Of a stretch of DNA of 64,000 nucleotides, positions 47,184 through 57,124 are shown one piece after another; position 1 is the stretch's first letter, and the number at the start of each line of letters is the position of its first letter. The notes beneath the pieces were generated by a model. That model was not told the DNA's origin. It did not search any database and worked only from the letters and a program-made list of their open reading frames with translations. Location of the stretch: contig JAEKNX010000006.1 in assembly GCA_016839055.1 (NCBI GenBank), positions 242,864-306,863 of the forward strand, given 5' to 3'. The DNA comes from Spirochaetales bacterium. GTDB taxonomy: Bacteria > Spirochaetota > Spirochaetia > UBA9216. Both the position numbers and the translations under genes were made by a program.

Positions 47184-48389
47184 ATGAAAACGGATGAACT
47201 GGAAGATAAAGAAACGATTCCTTTTTTTATTATTGTAATTACGGTAATGGTCTTCATGTATGCCATGACTCTTTATTTAACGCCATGGCTGCGAAAGCCC
47301 CCTGCGCTGATATATTTCACTGCCGGAATGGCGCTGCACACGATTCTCCACTGGATGTACCGTAAATTTTCCCGAGAACGTCGGCAGGCGGTTGTCTATT
47401 TCTGTTTTCAGTCCTTGCTTGCGGGTGTTCTGATAATTTATGCCGGAGAAATAAGTCTGGTCTTTGGGCTCTATATGGCCCTCCTTGGTGAGGAGGTCGG
47501 ATTATTCAGGAGTATTCGATCGATTATTATAAGTGTGACGGTCAATGTCCTTTTGATAGTATTAACACTCCTCTTTATTCAGCGTTCCTCCGGTTTTAAT
47601 GGTTTTTTTTATATTGGGCTCATTCCCATGATTCTCTTTGTCATAATCTATGTAAATCTTTACAGCAGGCAGCTCGAGGCGAGAATCAAAGCCCAGAACC
47701 TGTTGTCGGAACTTGAGCAGACTAATATTAAACTATCGCTGTCCAACGCCAGAGTGGAAGAGCTTACCCGGGATAAAGAGAGGCAGCGGATTGCGAGGGA
47801 GCTTCATGATACGCTGGCTCAGGGGCTGAGCGGGATCATCCTTCAGCTTGAAGCGGTAAACGCCTATATGGATGAACAGAAAACAGAGAGGGCAAGGGAG
47901 ATAATAAATAAATCTATGATGAAGGCTAGAGAGACCCTTGCCGACGCAAGGCGTGTCATCGATGATCTTCGGGAACCCCGTTCCGGAGAAATTGTTTTCG
48001 AGGAGTTCCTCCACTCCGAGGCCGAGGCCGCAGGGGCGAGGGGCGGGTTCTGTGTCGACACCGATATCGATTCGGCTGTCCTTATTCCGCCTGATGTAAA
48101 GATGCATCTGCAGAAGATTGCCGCCGAAGGCCTGGGGAACTGCGCCGAACATTCGGGCGCTGCTAATGTGAAGCTGAGCCTTTCCCTGTCTGGGGGAAGG
48201 CTCGCTCTCGTCATCAGCGATGACGGGATCGGCTTTAATCCTACCGCGGTTGAAGCCGGGCACTACGGACTCGTCGGCATTAAAGAACGGTGCGCTCTGT
48301 TAGGGGGACGGTTGTCGATTGATAGTTCGCCCGGTCATGGGACGCGGCTGACAGTAGTTATTCCGGGAGAGCTGAATGGGCGGCAGTGA
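47184..48389 (+). CDS. Membrane sensor histidine kinase (HisKA_3, YdfH/NarX-like)
   Basis: Multi-TM N-terminus; ERQRIARELHDTLAQGL; DDGIGF; GHYGLVGIKER. Confidence 0.9.
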   Translation: MKTDELEDKETIPFFIIVITVMVFMYAMTLYLTPWLRKPPALIYFTAGMALHTILHWMYRKFSRERRQAVVYFCFQSLLAGVLIIYAGEISLVFGLYMALLGEEVGLFRSIRSIIISVTVNVLLIVLTLLFIQRSSGFNGFFYIGLIPMILFVIIYVNLYSRQLEARIKAQNLLSELEQTNIKLSLSNARVEELTRDKERQRIARELHDTLAQGLSGIILQLEAVNAYMDEQKTERAREIINKSMMKARETLADARRVIDDLREPRSGEIVFEEFLHSEAEAAGARGGFCVDTDIDSAVLIPPDVKMHLQKIAAEGLGNCAEHSGAANVKLSLSLSGGRLALVISDDGIGFNPTAVEAGHYGLVGIKERCALLGGRLSIDSSPGHGTRLTVVIPGELNGRQ

Positions 48390-49008
48390 AATAAGGGTAT
48401 TAATCGCCGACGACCATTTAATTATCAGGGAGGGACTCCGTCTTATTATTGAGACTGCCGACGGCATTTGCGTAGCCGGTGAGGCGCGGGACGGACTCGA
48501 GGCTGTTAAAATGTCGGAGGAGCTCGAGCCGGACGTTATTCTGATGGATCTGCGGATGCCGGAGATGGACGGCCTTACCGCTATCGGGATAATTAGAGAA
48601 AACCGTCCCGACTCGGCGGTTATAATATTAACGACCTTCAATGAAGATGATCTGATGCGCCAGGGGATGGCTCTGGGGGCCCGGGGCTTCCTTCTGAAAG
48701 ATACCGACCGGAAAACCCTTATAGAGAATATCAGGGCAGCCGCGGCGGGAAATACCCTGATAAGTCCGGATATTATTGAGAGGCTGTTGTCAAAGAAGAC
48801 AATACTGTCAGGAAATGCCGCCCTTACCGCACGTGAGATGGAAATCTTAAGAAGAGCGGCGGACGGGCTTCGGAGTAAGGAAATTGCCTGGGAGCTTAAG
48901 ATAACCGAACGTACGGTTAAGGCTCATCTGTCGAACATATACAATAAACTCGGAGTTGATTCAAAAACCGCGGCAGTCGCCGAAGCCGCCCGCCGCGGAT
49001 GGCTTTAG
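48376..49008 (+). CDS. NarL/LuxR-family response regulator
   Basis: IADDH, LMDLRMP, LTTF, LTAREMEIL, TVKAHLSNIYNKLGV. Confidence 0.93.
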   Translation: MGGSEIRVLIADDHLIIREGLRLIIETADGICVAGEARDGLEAVKMSEELEPDVILMDLRMPEMDGLTAIGIIRENRPDSAVIILTTFNEDDLMRQGMALGARGFLLKDTDRKTLIENIRAAAAGNTLISPDIIERLLSKKTILSGNAALTAREMEILRRAADGLRSKEIAWELKITERTVKAHLSNIYNKLGVDSKTAAVAEAARRGWL

Positions 49009-49820
49009 AAATCAAAATTCTCGGGGTTAGGACCCTTTCTCAGGTTCTGATTCAGGGAATCGATGTGCTTCAGATCATCAAATTCAATTTTGAAATCAAA
49101 GATTCTGAAGTTTTCCTTTATCCGTTCCGGATTGGTAGATTTAGGAATATTTATGACTCCGTTCTGATAGTTCCATCTTAGAATTATCTGGGCGGCAGTT
49201 TTTCCGTATTTCTCGGCAAGCTTAAGAAGTTCTGTATTTTTCAGCAACTCTCCAACCATGAATCCGGACCATGCGGTCAGTGAAATTTCTTTTGAGTCAC
49301 AGTATTTTAGAAGCGGTTTTTGAGTAAACAGAGGATGCAGTTCAACCTGATTGATTACCGGTTTTACCCTGCAAAGGGGAAGAAGCTCATCGAGCATCCT
49401 CATAGTGAAATTCGAGACTCCAATATTTTTCACGAGTCCTTCATCGTATAGTTCCTCGAAAACTGACCAGTACTCCGTGTATTTTCCTGTCGGCCAGTGT
49501 ACGAGGAGCAGATCGATGTAATCAACCTTCAGTCTCTCGAGACTTTCTGCGAAAGCCTCTCTGATTCTCCCGTTTCTCAGTTCATCGTTCCAGATTTTTG
49601 TCGTAAGGAAAATATCTTTGCGGTTAATTCCGCTATCAATGAGTCCCCTTCCGACGCCTTCTTCATTGCCGTAGATTGCGGCAGTGTCGATATGCCGGTA
49701 TCCTGCCTCGATGGCTGCTCTGACAGTATTGGCAGCGACGCTCTGATCCTCGATTCTGAAGGTTCCCAGACCGATGGCCGGAACCAGGTTTCCGTTTGAT
49801 AGAGTAAAATCGGTTTTCAT
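49005..49820 (-). CDS. Aldo/keto reductase
   Basis: GLGTF, GYRHIDTAAIYGNE, TTKIW, DLLLVHWP, IGVSNF, NQVELHP, IPKS. Confidence 0.93.
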   Translation of the reverse strand: MKTDFTLSNGNLVPAIGLGTFRIEDQSVAANTVRAAIEAGYRHIDTAAIYGNEEGVGRGLIDSGINRKDIFLTTKIWNDELRNGRIREAFAESLERLKVDYIDLLLVHWPTGKYTEYWSVFEELYDEGLVKNIGVSNFTMRMLDELLPLCRVKPVINQVELHPLFTQKPLLKYCDSKEISLTAWSGFMVGELLKNTELLKLAEKYGKTAAQIILRWNYQNGVINIPKSTNPERIKENFRIFDFKIEFDDLKHIDSLNQNLRKGPNPENFDF

Positions 49821-49907
49821 AAACACTCCTTGCTTTAGAGGGAATTTCAAAAATCAGGGATCTATAAAATTCCTACTTTAGATTTATATTAAGCATAAAT
49901 GTTGCAC

Positions 49908-49965
49908 TTGACAATGCTGGGCTTCGGGATTAATATATATTGTACTAGCAACCAATATATATTAA
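49908..49965 (+). promoter_or_regulatory. Promoter overlapped by a 13-bp perfect inverted repeat (probable TetR operator)
   Basis: TTGACA at 49908; ttaatatatattg-N10-caatatatattaa at 49930-49965. Confidence 0.65.
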
Positions 49966-49979
49966 GTAAAAGGATTGAA

Positions 49980-50582
49980 ATGGGTAGGAAAAGCAAGGCT
50001 GATGAGAGAAAACCGGAGATTCTCAGAAGCGCGTATGAGGTAGTAAAGCAGGAGGGACTGGAAAACACAACTCTTGCCAGAATTGCCGAGCATATGGGCG
50101 TTGCTACGAGCCTTCTTACACATTATTTCAAGTCAAAGGAAGAGATAATCAGGCAGCTTGCCGACTACATGGTAGGTATCTACGATGAATCAGTGCTTCT
50201 TGATTACAGCAAGATAACTGATCCGAAGAAGCGGATTGAGGCCATTCTTGATGCTCGTCTGTGGGAGTTTTCCCGCCAGGTGGTGGAAGACCGGGTATGG
50301 TATGATGTATATAATCTCAGTCTTCGAAACGAGCGGATAAAAAAATATTTTAAAGATCTGTATCAGCGGGATGCATCAGCAGTTAAACGTGAGCTGGACA
50401 TTGTGCTGAAAGATGCTCCTGATTCCATTGATACTGAAGCCTTGTCGGTAGCAGTGATAACGATGAGTGAAGGTTTAGGTTATTATAATTCAATTATTAA
50501 TGATGATAAGCATGTAGATGCCGCTGCGGCTCTGATGAAAGACATGTTTATGACATATTTTGAGAAATTAAAGAATAATTAA
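49980..50582 (+). CDS. TetR-family regulator (BetI-like)
   Basis: HTH TTLARIAEHMGVATSLLTHYFKSKEE. Confidence 0.88.
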   Translation: MGRKSKADERKPEILRSAYEVVKQEGLENTTLARIAEHMGVATSLLTHYFKSKEEIIRQLADYMVGIYDESVLLDYSKITDPKKRIEAILDARLWEFSRQVVEDRVWYDVYNLSLRNERIKKYFKDLYQRDASAVKRELDIVLKDAPDSIDTEALSVAVITMSEGLGYYNSIINDDKHVDAAAALMKDMFMTYFEKLKNN

Positions 50583-50633
50583 TATTTTTATTATATATAT
50601 TGATTGTGCAGACAAACAAATTAAGGAGGTTTT

Positions 50634-51908
50634 ATGAAAATATTATTAGTTGGTTCCGGTGGAGTAGGTACCGCAATCGCATCAATCGCATCAAAAAATG
50701 ATCCTAAGGGTGAATGGCTCGAGCAGATGGTCGTATCAGACTACAATCAGAGCAGGGCGGAAGAAGTAGCAGCAGGACTTAAAGACAAAAGGTTTATTGC
50801 TGAGAAGATCGATGCTGGAAACAAGGCTGAGATTATTGCCCTGGCGAAGAGGTACGATGTAGATTTCATTATGAACGCCTGTGACCCGGTGTTCAATATG
50901 CCTATTTTTGAGGCGGCTTTTGAGACGGGATGTACCTACATGGACATGGCAATGAGTCTTTCTGTCCGGGATGAAAAAGATCCCTACGGAACAGTCGCCT
51001 TAAAGCTCGGAGATCTTCAGTACGCCAAGGATGAAGAGTGGAAGAAGAAAAATCTGCTGGCAGTCTGCGGTTCGGGTGTCGAACCTGGAATGGTTAACGT
51101 GTTCGCCCGTTATGCCGATGATCATCTCTTCGATGAGATTCATGAGCTCAACGTTCGTGATGCGGATAACCTGGTAGTTGAAGGGCTCGATGTCGCATTC
51201 GGGTTCTCAATCTGGACTACTATAGAAGAATGTCTAAATCCCCCCGTCATCTGGGAGAAGGATAAGGGCTGGTTTGTAACCGAGTCATTTTCCGAGCCTG
51301 AGATGTTCAGATTTCCGGATCCCGTAGGAGATCAGGAAGTGATCAATGTCGAGCATGAGGAAGTGCTGATGCTGCCACGTTATTTCAAGGATAAGGGCCT
51401 CCGGCGCGCAACCTTCAAGTTCGGCGTTGATCGTGACATGAGACGGGTATTGAAGACTCTCGAAGCACTCGGGCTTGATAAGACCGAGAAGGTCATGGTT
51501 AAGGGAGTTTCAGTCTCGCCAAGAGATGTTGTTGCCGCCTGTTCACCAGACCCCGCGCTGATTGGCGACCGAATGAAGGGCCAGCTTTCTGCAGGTCTCT
51601 GGGTAAAGGGACTTAAGGATGGAAAAGAACGTTCAGTATATATCTATCAGCTTGTTGACAATGAAGACTGTATGAAACGCTACGGCAGTCAGGCAGTTGT
51701 CGCCCAGACTGCTTTTAATCCGGTAATAATGATGGAACTGCTTGCGAAAGGAATATGGAAGGGCTCCGGTGTCAACGGACCTGAAAACTTTCCTGCCGAA
51801 CCATTCATGGAACGGATGGAGAGTTACCAATTTCCTGCGGGAATGATGGAAATGGAGTCGGAATACAAGAATGCTCTGGATGAAGAGAACCTGAAGACTG
51901 GATTCTAA
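50634..51908 (+). CDS. Saccharopine dehydrogenase / carboxynorspermidine dehydrogenase-like oxidoreductase
   Basis: GSGGVG, YMDMA, GVEPG, FSIWTTIEECLNP, EHEEV, PRDVV, QTA; AAGGAGG RBS. Confidence 0.85.
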   Translation: MKILLVGSGGVGTAIASIASKNDPKGEWLEQMVVSDYNQSRAEEVAAGLKDKRFIAEKIDAGNKAEIIALAKRYDVDFIMNACDPVFNMPIFEAAFETGCTYMDMAMSLSVRDEKDPYGTVALKLGDLQYAKDEEWKKKNLLAVCGSGVEPGMVNVFARYADDHLFDEIHELNVRDADNLVVEGLDVAFGFSIWTTIEECLNPPVIWEKDKGWFVTESFSEPEMFRFPDPVGDQEVINVEHEEVLMLPRYFKDKGLRRATFKFGVDRDMRRVLKTLEALGLDKTEKVMVKGVSVSPRDVVAACSPDPALIGDRMKGQLSAGLWVKGLKDGKERSVYIYQLVDNEDCMKRYGSQAVVAQTAFNPVIMMELLAKGIWKGSGVNGPENFPAEPFMERMESYQFPAGMMEMESEYKNALDEENLKTGF

Positions 51909-51944
51909 TAATAATCCCAGATTTATAAGAAAGGTAATCTTTTT

Positions 51945-51978
51945 AAGACCGTCCGGTTAAATTGGACGGTCTTTTTTT
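51945..51978 (+). terminator. Rho-independent terminator
   Basis: aagaccgtcc...ggacggtctt followed by a T run. Confidence 0.82.
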
Positions 51979-52024
51979 ATTCTTGATTTGAAGACTTCAT
52001 GGATATACTATTGTAAATTGAGAG

Positions 52025-52069
52025 AATTTCAGAAAGTTGGAGATTTTCAATCTCTGACTTTCTGAAATT
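52025..52069 (+). repeat. 21-bp inverted repeat in the leader of the MCP gene
   Basis: aatttcagaaagttggagatt-ttc-aatctctgactttctgaaatt; both deviations are G-U pairs on the + strand. Confidence 0.7.
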
Positions 52070-52178
52070 AGAGCCTTAGATGAAAATGGAGTATTTTCAG
52101 CAACTTTTTATGCAGAAATTATTTATTAAAATGGTTTTGAAGAAACACAATTATAAAAATCAATGAAGGTGGGCTGTA

Positions 52179-53804
52179 ATGACATTTTTTAAAAAGCTTA
52201 AAAATGTATATAAAGATAAAAATGAAAATTTCAGGGAGAAGGCGGTAACGCTCTTTCTTATAAACGCAATTGTCTGCGTGTTTTTTCTCGTTTTTGCTTT
52301 TCTAAGGATTTCCTCCGGAGATATTGCCGTGGGCATCGGTGAAGCAGTTATTTCACTTATTCTGGTTTTTAATATAATCATGCTTCGCCGAGGGTTTTAC
52401 CGGCTGAGCAGTTTTGTCAGCATTTTTCTATTTGTGACTGCGGCCTTTGTCATTTTTCTTATTCAGAAGCATAATGAACTCGATGATCTTTACAAATTTT
52501 CCACCTATATAATTTCCGTCATCTGCTTTGCGCCTCTATTGTCATATAAGTTATGGCAGATGGTTGCTGTTGTTGTTTCTGGACTCATAGGTCAGGCTGT
52601 TTTCTATGTTTTGATTTTTATTCCCATTGCCAAAGCTCAAAACGTCCTGGATACCTCTGGTGAGTTTATTATATCGATAGCTTTTCTTTTAATGGCTGGC
52701 TCCTTTGCTGTTATGGTATTCCGTATGCAGCTCCGAACCATCGATGCCGCTCAGAAAGAAAAGGACATCTCTGACAGGAACCTTAGGCAGGTAAATGATG
52801 TTATCGAAAAGATGAAAAAATCATTTAACGTCGGGGAGAGGCTTCTTGATGCAGCAGATGGAACAAATGCGCGGGCAGAAAAAATATCAGGAGAAGGAGA
52901 AGAGCTTTTGACTTTCGCGCGGGATCTGGAGAAATCAACGAATATTGCCGATACGGCAAACAGGCAAATTCAGAGTTCGGAGATGCATGTAAAAGAGAAT
53001 ATGAAAATGCAGACCGAGGCGATAGGAATATCTTCAGACTCAGTCGATGCGATGTTATCAAAGATTTCAGCCGCAGGAGTATTGACGCGTGAAAAGATAG
53101 AACATCTGTTTGAACTTACCAATGTATCAAAACAGGGGGAGGCAATGCTCGATGAGTCTCTTGAATCTTTAGGAAGACTTTCAGAATCGACAGACAATAT
53201 CTTGGAGATAATCGAAGTAATTGAAACAATTTCTGAGCGAACCAACCTTCTTGCCATGAATGCCGCGATAGAGGCTGCCCACGCTGGAGAAGCCGGAAGG
53301 GGGTTTTCAGTTGTGGCTGAGGAAATCAGGAAGCTGTCTGAGGAAACTTCTCATAATTCAGAAGCCGTTCGGGTTAGTCTGAAAAATAACAACGAACATT
53401 TCACAGATTCAAACCGCTCAGTCCAGGCTTTGAAGAGGGTCTTTGCCGAGCTTATCTCTCAGATTGATAATATGGGACTCGCTCTCTCTGAAATTGCCGG
53501 CAGTATGGATAACCTTGCCGAAAGTACGGATGCAATATCTTCATCTATAAATAATCTTCACACATCCAATAATGATGTTCAGCAGTCGCTTGGCTCCATG
53601 GAAAACGATATCGGACTAGCTCAGCAGAGTATCGTAGGTATATTAAAAGCGGTAGCCGGAACAAAGGCGCGGATAGAAGAGCTTCGATCACTAGGCTTGG
53701 GAATTGTTACAGATTCCTCAGAATTGAAAAATATTGGATTAGAGAACAAAGAGGGAATAGAAGTCCTGAATTTTGAACTGGAAAAAGTAAGAAGTAGAAG
53801 TTGA
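52179..53804 (+). CDS. Methyl-accepting chemotaxis protein with a multi-TM sensor
   Basis: About six TM segments; [35 protein letters not shown]. Confidence 0.92.
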   Translation: MTFFKKLKNVYKDKNENFREKAVTLFLINAIVCVFFLVFAFLRISSGDIAVGIGEAVISLILVFNIIMLRRGFYRLSSFVSIFLFVTAAFVIFLIQKHNELDDLYKFSTYIISVICFAPLLSYKLWQMVAVVVSGLIGQAVFYVLIFIPIAKAQNVLDTSGEFIISIAFLLMAGSFAVMVFRMQLRTIDAAQKEKDISDRNLRQVNDVIEKMKKSFNVGERLLDAADGTNARAEKISGEGEELLTFARDLEKSTNIADTANRQIQSSEMHVKENMKMQTEAIGISSDSVDAMLSKISAAGVLTREKIEHLFELTNVSKQGEAMLDESLESLGRLSESTDNILEIIEVIETISERTNLLAMNAAIEAAHAGEAGRGFSVVAEEIRKLSEETSHNSEAVRVSLKNNNEHFTDSNRSVQALKRVFAELISQIDNMGLALSEIAGSMDNLAESTDAISSSINNLHTSNNDVQQSLGSMENDIGLAQQSIVGILKAVAGTKARIEELRSLGLGIVTDSSELKNIGLENKEGIEVLNFELEKVRSRS

Positions 53805-53956
53805 AATTTATTGTAATCTGTCATCCATGTGAAGTACAGCCTCCGCGTTCGAATATGCCTCACTTTGAAAATTCCCTCAATAATAATAAAATATGTGCAG
53901 TCATTGATTTTGTATATGCTATAGTGAGCGAGATTCATAATCTATAGGAGAAAAGT

Positions 53957-54727
53957 ATGAGAAAAATCTTATTACTCACATTGGTAATTACCCTATTTGC
54001 ACTCTCGGGCTGCGCAATCTTCGGTTCGGATGAAGCATATATAACAGGTGTCACTGTAGACGAAATTGTCGGTGCAGCTGCGATTGACCTTATATCTCAT
54101 ACTGTAATAATTACTGTTGAACCAATGGATCTCTCTGCACTAGATCCTGAATTTAGAATTTCGGACAAAGCTGTTCTGACAAAACCTGATTCAATTGAAG
54201 ACGGCGTGGCGGCAATCTACACAGTTACCGCCGAGAATGGATCTGAAGTCAAATGGTCAGTAACAGTTAATGTTCAGTACGGAGTTTCGCTCGTGGTCGG
54301 CGGAGAAAAGTTTGTGTTATCATTCGGTATGATGGACAGCTCTTTAATTCTTCAAAGCGCTCTCGATGGTACTGCTTATGCAGTAATAGCTGAAAATTCA
54401 ACCGGCAGTCATGGCATGGCCAGTGATTCATTAGAATTCTCCGGTTCGGGAAGAGGTCCCGACTCCGACATCCTGTATAGTTATTTTGATTTCACAATAG
54501 CCGGAAAAACAGACGGAATATATAATAATTCTGAATCCACTTTTTTTGATAAGCCGAATTCGATTACTTATATTTTTAATACCGATTTTGTTGTAACTAA
54601 ATACGGCGCAGCGGGCGAAGATTTCAGGGCAACTTTTACCGGAGCAGAGCAAGCTGCAGACAGGTCCGGCGCTGCCCTCACTCATGGATATGCTAAGCTT
54701 TTGGTAATTGAGGAACCCGAAGCCTGA
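53957..54727 (+). CDS. Hypothetical lipoprotein with an Ig-like (DUF5018-like) N-terminal domain
   Basis: Lipobox LSGC; YTVTAENGSEVKWSVTV motif. Confidence 0.72.
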   Translation: MRKILLLTLVITLFALSGCAIFGSDEAYITGVTVDEIVGAAAIDLISHTVIITVEPMDLSALDPEFRISDKAVLTKPDSIEDGVAAIYTVTAENGSEVKWSVTVNVQYGVSLVVGGEKFVLSFGMMDSSLILQSALDGTAYAVIAENSTGSHGMASDSLEFSGSGRGPDSDILYSYFDFTIAGKTDGIYNNSESTFFDKPNSITYIFNTDFVVTKYGAAGEDFRATFTGAEQAADRSGAALTHGYAKLLVIEEPEA

Positions 54728-54740
54728 TTTGAATGAAAAC

Positions 54741-54933
54741 AGCGGTAAATATGCATAAAAAGCGGGATTTGGCTGCTTTTTTTATGCCGCCGCTGGGGGC
54801 CCCGGTGCCGTCAGGGAAAATTGAGGTCTTCTGAACCTTTTTCTGATGGTATCGGGGTCAGCAAGGGCCGACATTCGGGGGAATTGCAGCCAAATTCAGA
54901 CCTGCTGAATATGCATAAAAAGCGGAATTTGGC
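54741..54933 (+). repeat. Structured intergenic element: 26-bp direct repeat flanking long hairpins
   Basis: aatatgcataaaaagcggRatttggc at 54748-54773 and 54908-54933 (25/26 identical); 22-bp stem 54798-54819/54838-54859 with six G-U pairs and no mismatches. Confidence 0.7.
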
Positions 54934-54971
54934 CTATCTTCCATCCTATGCCGGGCCCGTTTTTTCCGGCT

Positions 54972-55760
54972 TTACAATATAGGGATACTGAGGCCCCCGT
55001 CGACAGGAATCACCGAACCGGTTGAAAAATTGAAATTATCACTTAGCAGTCCGCTTACGGTGCGCCCGATGTCTTCCGGCAGCCCCCAGCGTTTCTGAGG
55101 GACCAGTCCGTTCTCAATCAGGCCGTCATATTTGCTGACAACTCCTGAGGTCATGTCAGTTTTAATTATTCCGGGTCTTACCTCGTATACAAAAATATTC
55201 TCAGGCGCAAGCCTTACGGCAAAGAGTTTAGCAGCCATTGAAATGCCCGCCTTGCTAATGCAGTATTCGCCGCGGTTAAGAGAGACCGTTTCGGCTGATA
55301 TTGATGAAACAAAAATAATTTTCCGGGGAGATGTTTCTGTATTTGGCGGAGACGTGCTAACCCAGCCTGACGCAACCTTCTGGCTGAGAAAGAAAGCTCC
55401 GCGTAGGTTGATATCAAGTACATGGTCAAATGATTCTCTGGTCATCTCCAGAAGATCCATTCTTTCTTTAGGCGCTATTCCAGCGTTATTTACCAGCGCC
55501 GTCAAAGGGCCCATGGTGTTACTGATTTCGGTAAGCATTGTATCAATTTCAGTGGACTTACTGATATCGGCTCTGAAGATACCGAATTCCTGGGAGGTCG
55601 GCAGTTTTGCTTCAATGCGGCAGAGTTTCATGCACTCAACAGCTGCTGCCTGATTTTCTGCATAATTAATTGCTACCGACCAGCCTTTTTTAGCCAGTTC
55701 AATGCAGAGTCCTCTTCCTATCCCGCGGCTTCCGCCGGTAACGAGTACTGTGGGTGCCAT
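54972..55760 (-). CDS. Short-chain dehydrogenase/reductase (3-ketoacyl-ACP reductase-like)
   Basis: TGGSRGIG, NNAG, YCISK, PGII, VDGG; AGGAG RBS before ATG 55760. Confidence 0.9.
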   Translation of the reverse strand: MAPTVLVTGGSRGIGRGLCIELAKKGWSVAINYAENQAAAVECMKLCRIEAKLPTSQEFGIFRADISKSTEIDTMLTEISNTMGPLTALVNNAGIAPKERMDLLEMTRESFDHVLDINLRGAFFLSQKVASGWVSTSPPNTETSPRKIIFVSSISAETVSLNRGEYCISKAGISMAAKLFAVRLAPENIFVYEVRPGIIKTDMTSGVVSKYDGLIENGLVPQKRWGLPEDIGRTVSGLLSDNFNFSTGSVIPVDGGLSIPIL

Positions 55761-55769
55761 GTTATCTCC

Positions 55770-55951
55770 TTTTATTGCATGCAACAAATGAATTATCTGA
55801 TAAGGCCGGGTTTTTGTCAAGCTGAAAACGTTGAGGAGCGAATCATGTTAACTAATCCAGACTGCATCTGTATAAAATCAAATGGAAAAAACTTGACAGC
55901 ATTCATATTTCGTTTTATAGTTGTTGCATGCAATAAAACAGTTGCATGCAA
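55770..55951. promoter_or_regulatory. Divergent sigma-70 promoters with three TTGCATGCAA palindromic operators
   Basis: Plus: TTGACA (55893)-N17-TATAGT. Minus: TTGACA (55820-55815)-N17-GATAAT. Palindromes at 55775-55784, 55924-55933 and 55942-55951. Confidence 0.8.
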
Positions 55952-55971
55952 CAAAACAATAGGAAGTTTCA

Positions 55972-57123
55972 ATGACTGAATATCCCAATTTATACAGCAG
56001 CGGATCTCTTGGAGGCAAAACAGCCCCTAACAGAATTGTATCTCAGCCTATGGAAGGCAATGACAGTGACAGCGGGGATGTATCTCAAAGAACAATTGAT
56101 CGCTATGCCCATCTGGCCATTGGCGGCTGGGGAACCATTATTATAGAGGCTGTTTCAATAACTGATAACTGCCTTGCTAGAAAGAATCAGTTGGTTATAA
56201 AGCAATCGAACCTGGACGGATATAAAAAGCTTGTTGACACGATTAAAAAAGAGGCTCCGGATACACTGGTTCAATTCCAGATTACCCATTCAGGCAGGAA
56301 GGGCGGAAAGGCTTTTTCAAATCCTTATGCTATGTATTCTCCCGGGGATGGCGAGCGTCTTCTTGTTTCAGATGATCTTGAGCGGATTAAGGATGACTTT
56401 ATTGCAAAAACGCTGCTCTTTGAAAAAACCGGAGCCGACGGAGTAGACTTTAAGCTCTGTCATGGCTACCTCGGCTGTGAAATGCTCAGGCCGGCCAATA
56501 TCCGGAATGATAAATGGGGCGGCTCATTTGAAAACAGAACGAGAATGCTTCGCGAATGTATTTCCGCTATCAGAGACAGCCAGAAGAGCGACAATTTCAT
56601 CCTTGGCGGGCGAATTTCGCTGTATGAAGGAATACGCGGCGGCTGCGGTACAGAAGGCTCTGATGAACTGACCGAAGACTTTACCGAGATGGACTCTCTT
56701 ATAGGACTTATGAATGAACTTAAGATGGATTATGTAAATGTATCGGCAGGAATTCCTGGCTTGACATCGGAAATTACACGGCCGACCCGTACTTCCAGAC
56801 TGTTTTATCTTCATCAGTTCAGATATGCCCGCAGAATCAGCGAAATTTCCCGGAATTTAAAGGTGATTGGTTCGGCATATTCTGTCCTCGAAGAGGTGGC
56901 CCTTGAGCTTGCTGATGAAAATATCCGTAAGGGCTACGCCGACTTTGCAGGTTGGGGACGTCAGTCCCTCGCTGATCCGCACTTTCCTGCGAAAGTAACA
57001 GCAGGTAAGCCGGTAGATTACTGTAAGGCATGCTCCGGATGCTCAAAACTTATGATTAAACAGGTTCATGTCGGATGTACCGTATTCAATGAGTATTACC
57101 GTAGTCAGCTGAAAGGGGCCTGA
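55972..57123 (+). CDS. NADH:flavin oxidoreductase (Old Yellow Enzyme family) with a C-terminal Cys cluster
   Basis: NRIVSQPM, QITHSGR, CHGYL, RNDKWGGSFENRTR, GRQSLADP, CKACSGC...C. Confidence 0.87.
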   Translation: MTEYPNLYSSGSLGGKTAPNRIVSQPMEGNDSDSGDVSQRTIDRYAHLAIGGWGTIIIEAVSITDNCLARKNQLVIKQSNLDGYKKLVDTIKKEAPDTLVQFQITHSGRKGGKAFSNPYAMYSPGDGERLLVSDDLERIKDDFIAKTLLFEKTGADGVDFKLCHGYLGCEMLRPANIRNDKWGGSFENRTRMLRECISAIRDSQKSDNFILGGRISLYEGIRGGCGTEGSDELTEDFTEMDSLIGLMNELKMDYVNVSAGIPGLTSEITRPTRTSRLFYLHQFRYARRISEISRNLKVIGSAYSVLEEVALELADENIRKGYADFAGWGRQSLADPHFPAKVTAGKPVDYCKACSGCSKLMIKQVHVGCTVFNEYYRSQLKGA

Positions 57124-57124
57124 G

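Noticed and set aside
45358-49008. ABC exporter and two-component system as export/immunity for the RiPP
   Set aside because: About 37 kb from the cluster and a common self-contained module; nothing links them.
54748-54933. Minimal CRISPR array
   Set aside because: Only two repeat copies with a 134-bp structured spacer, and no cas genes.
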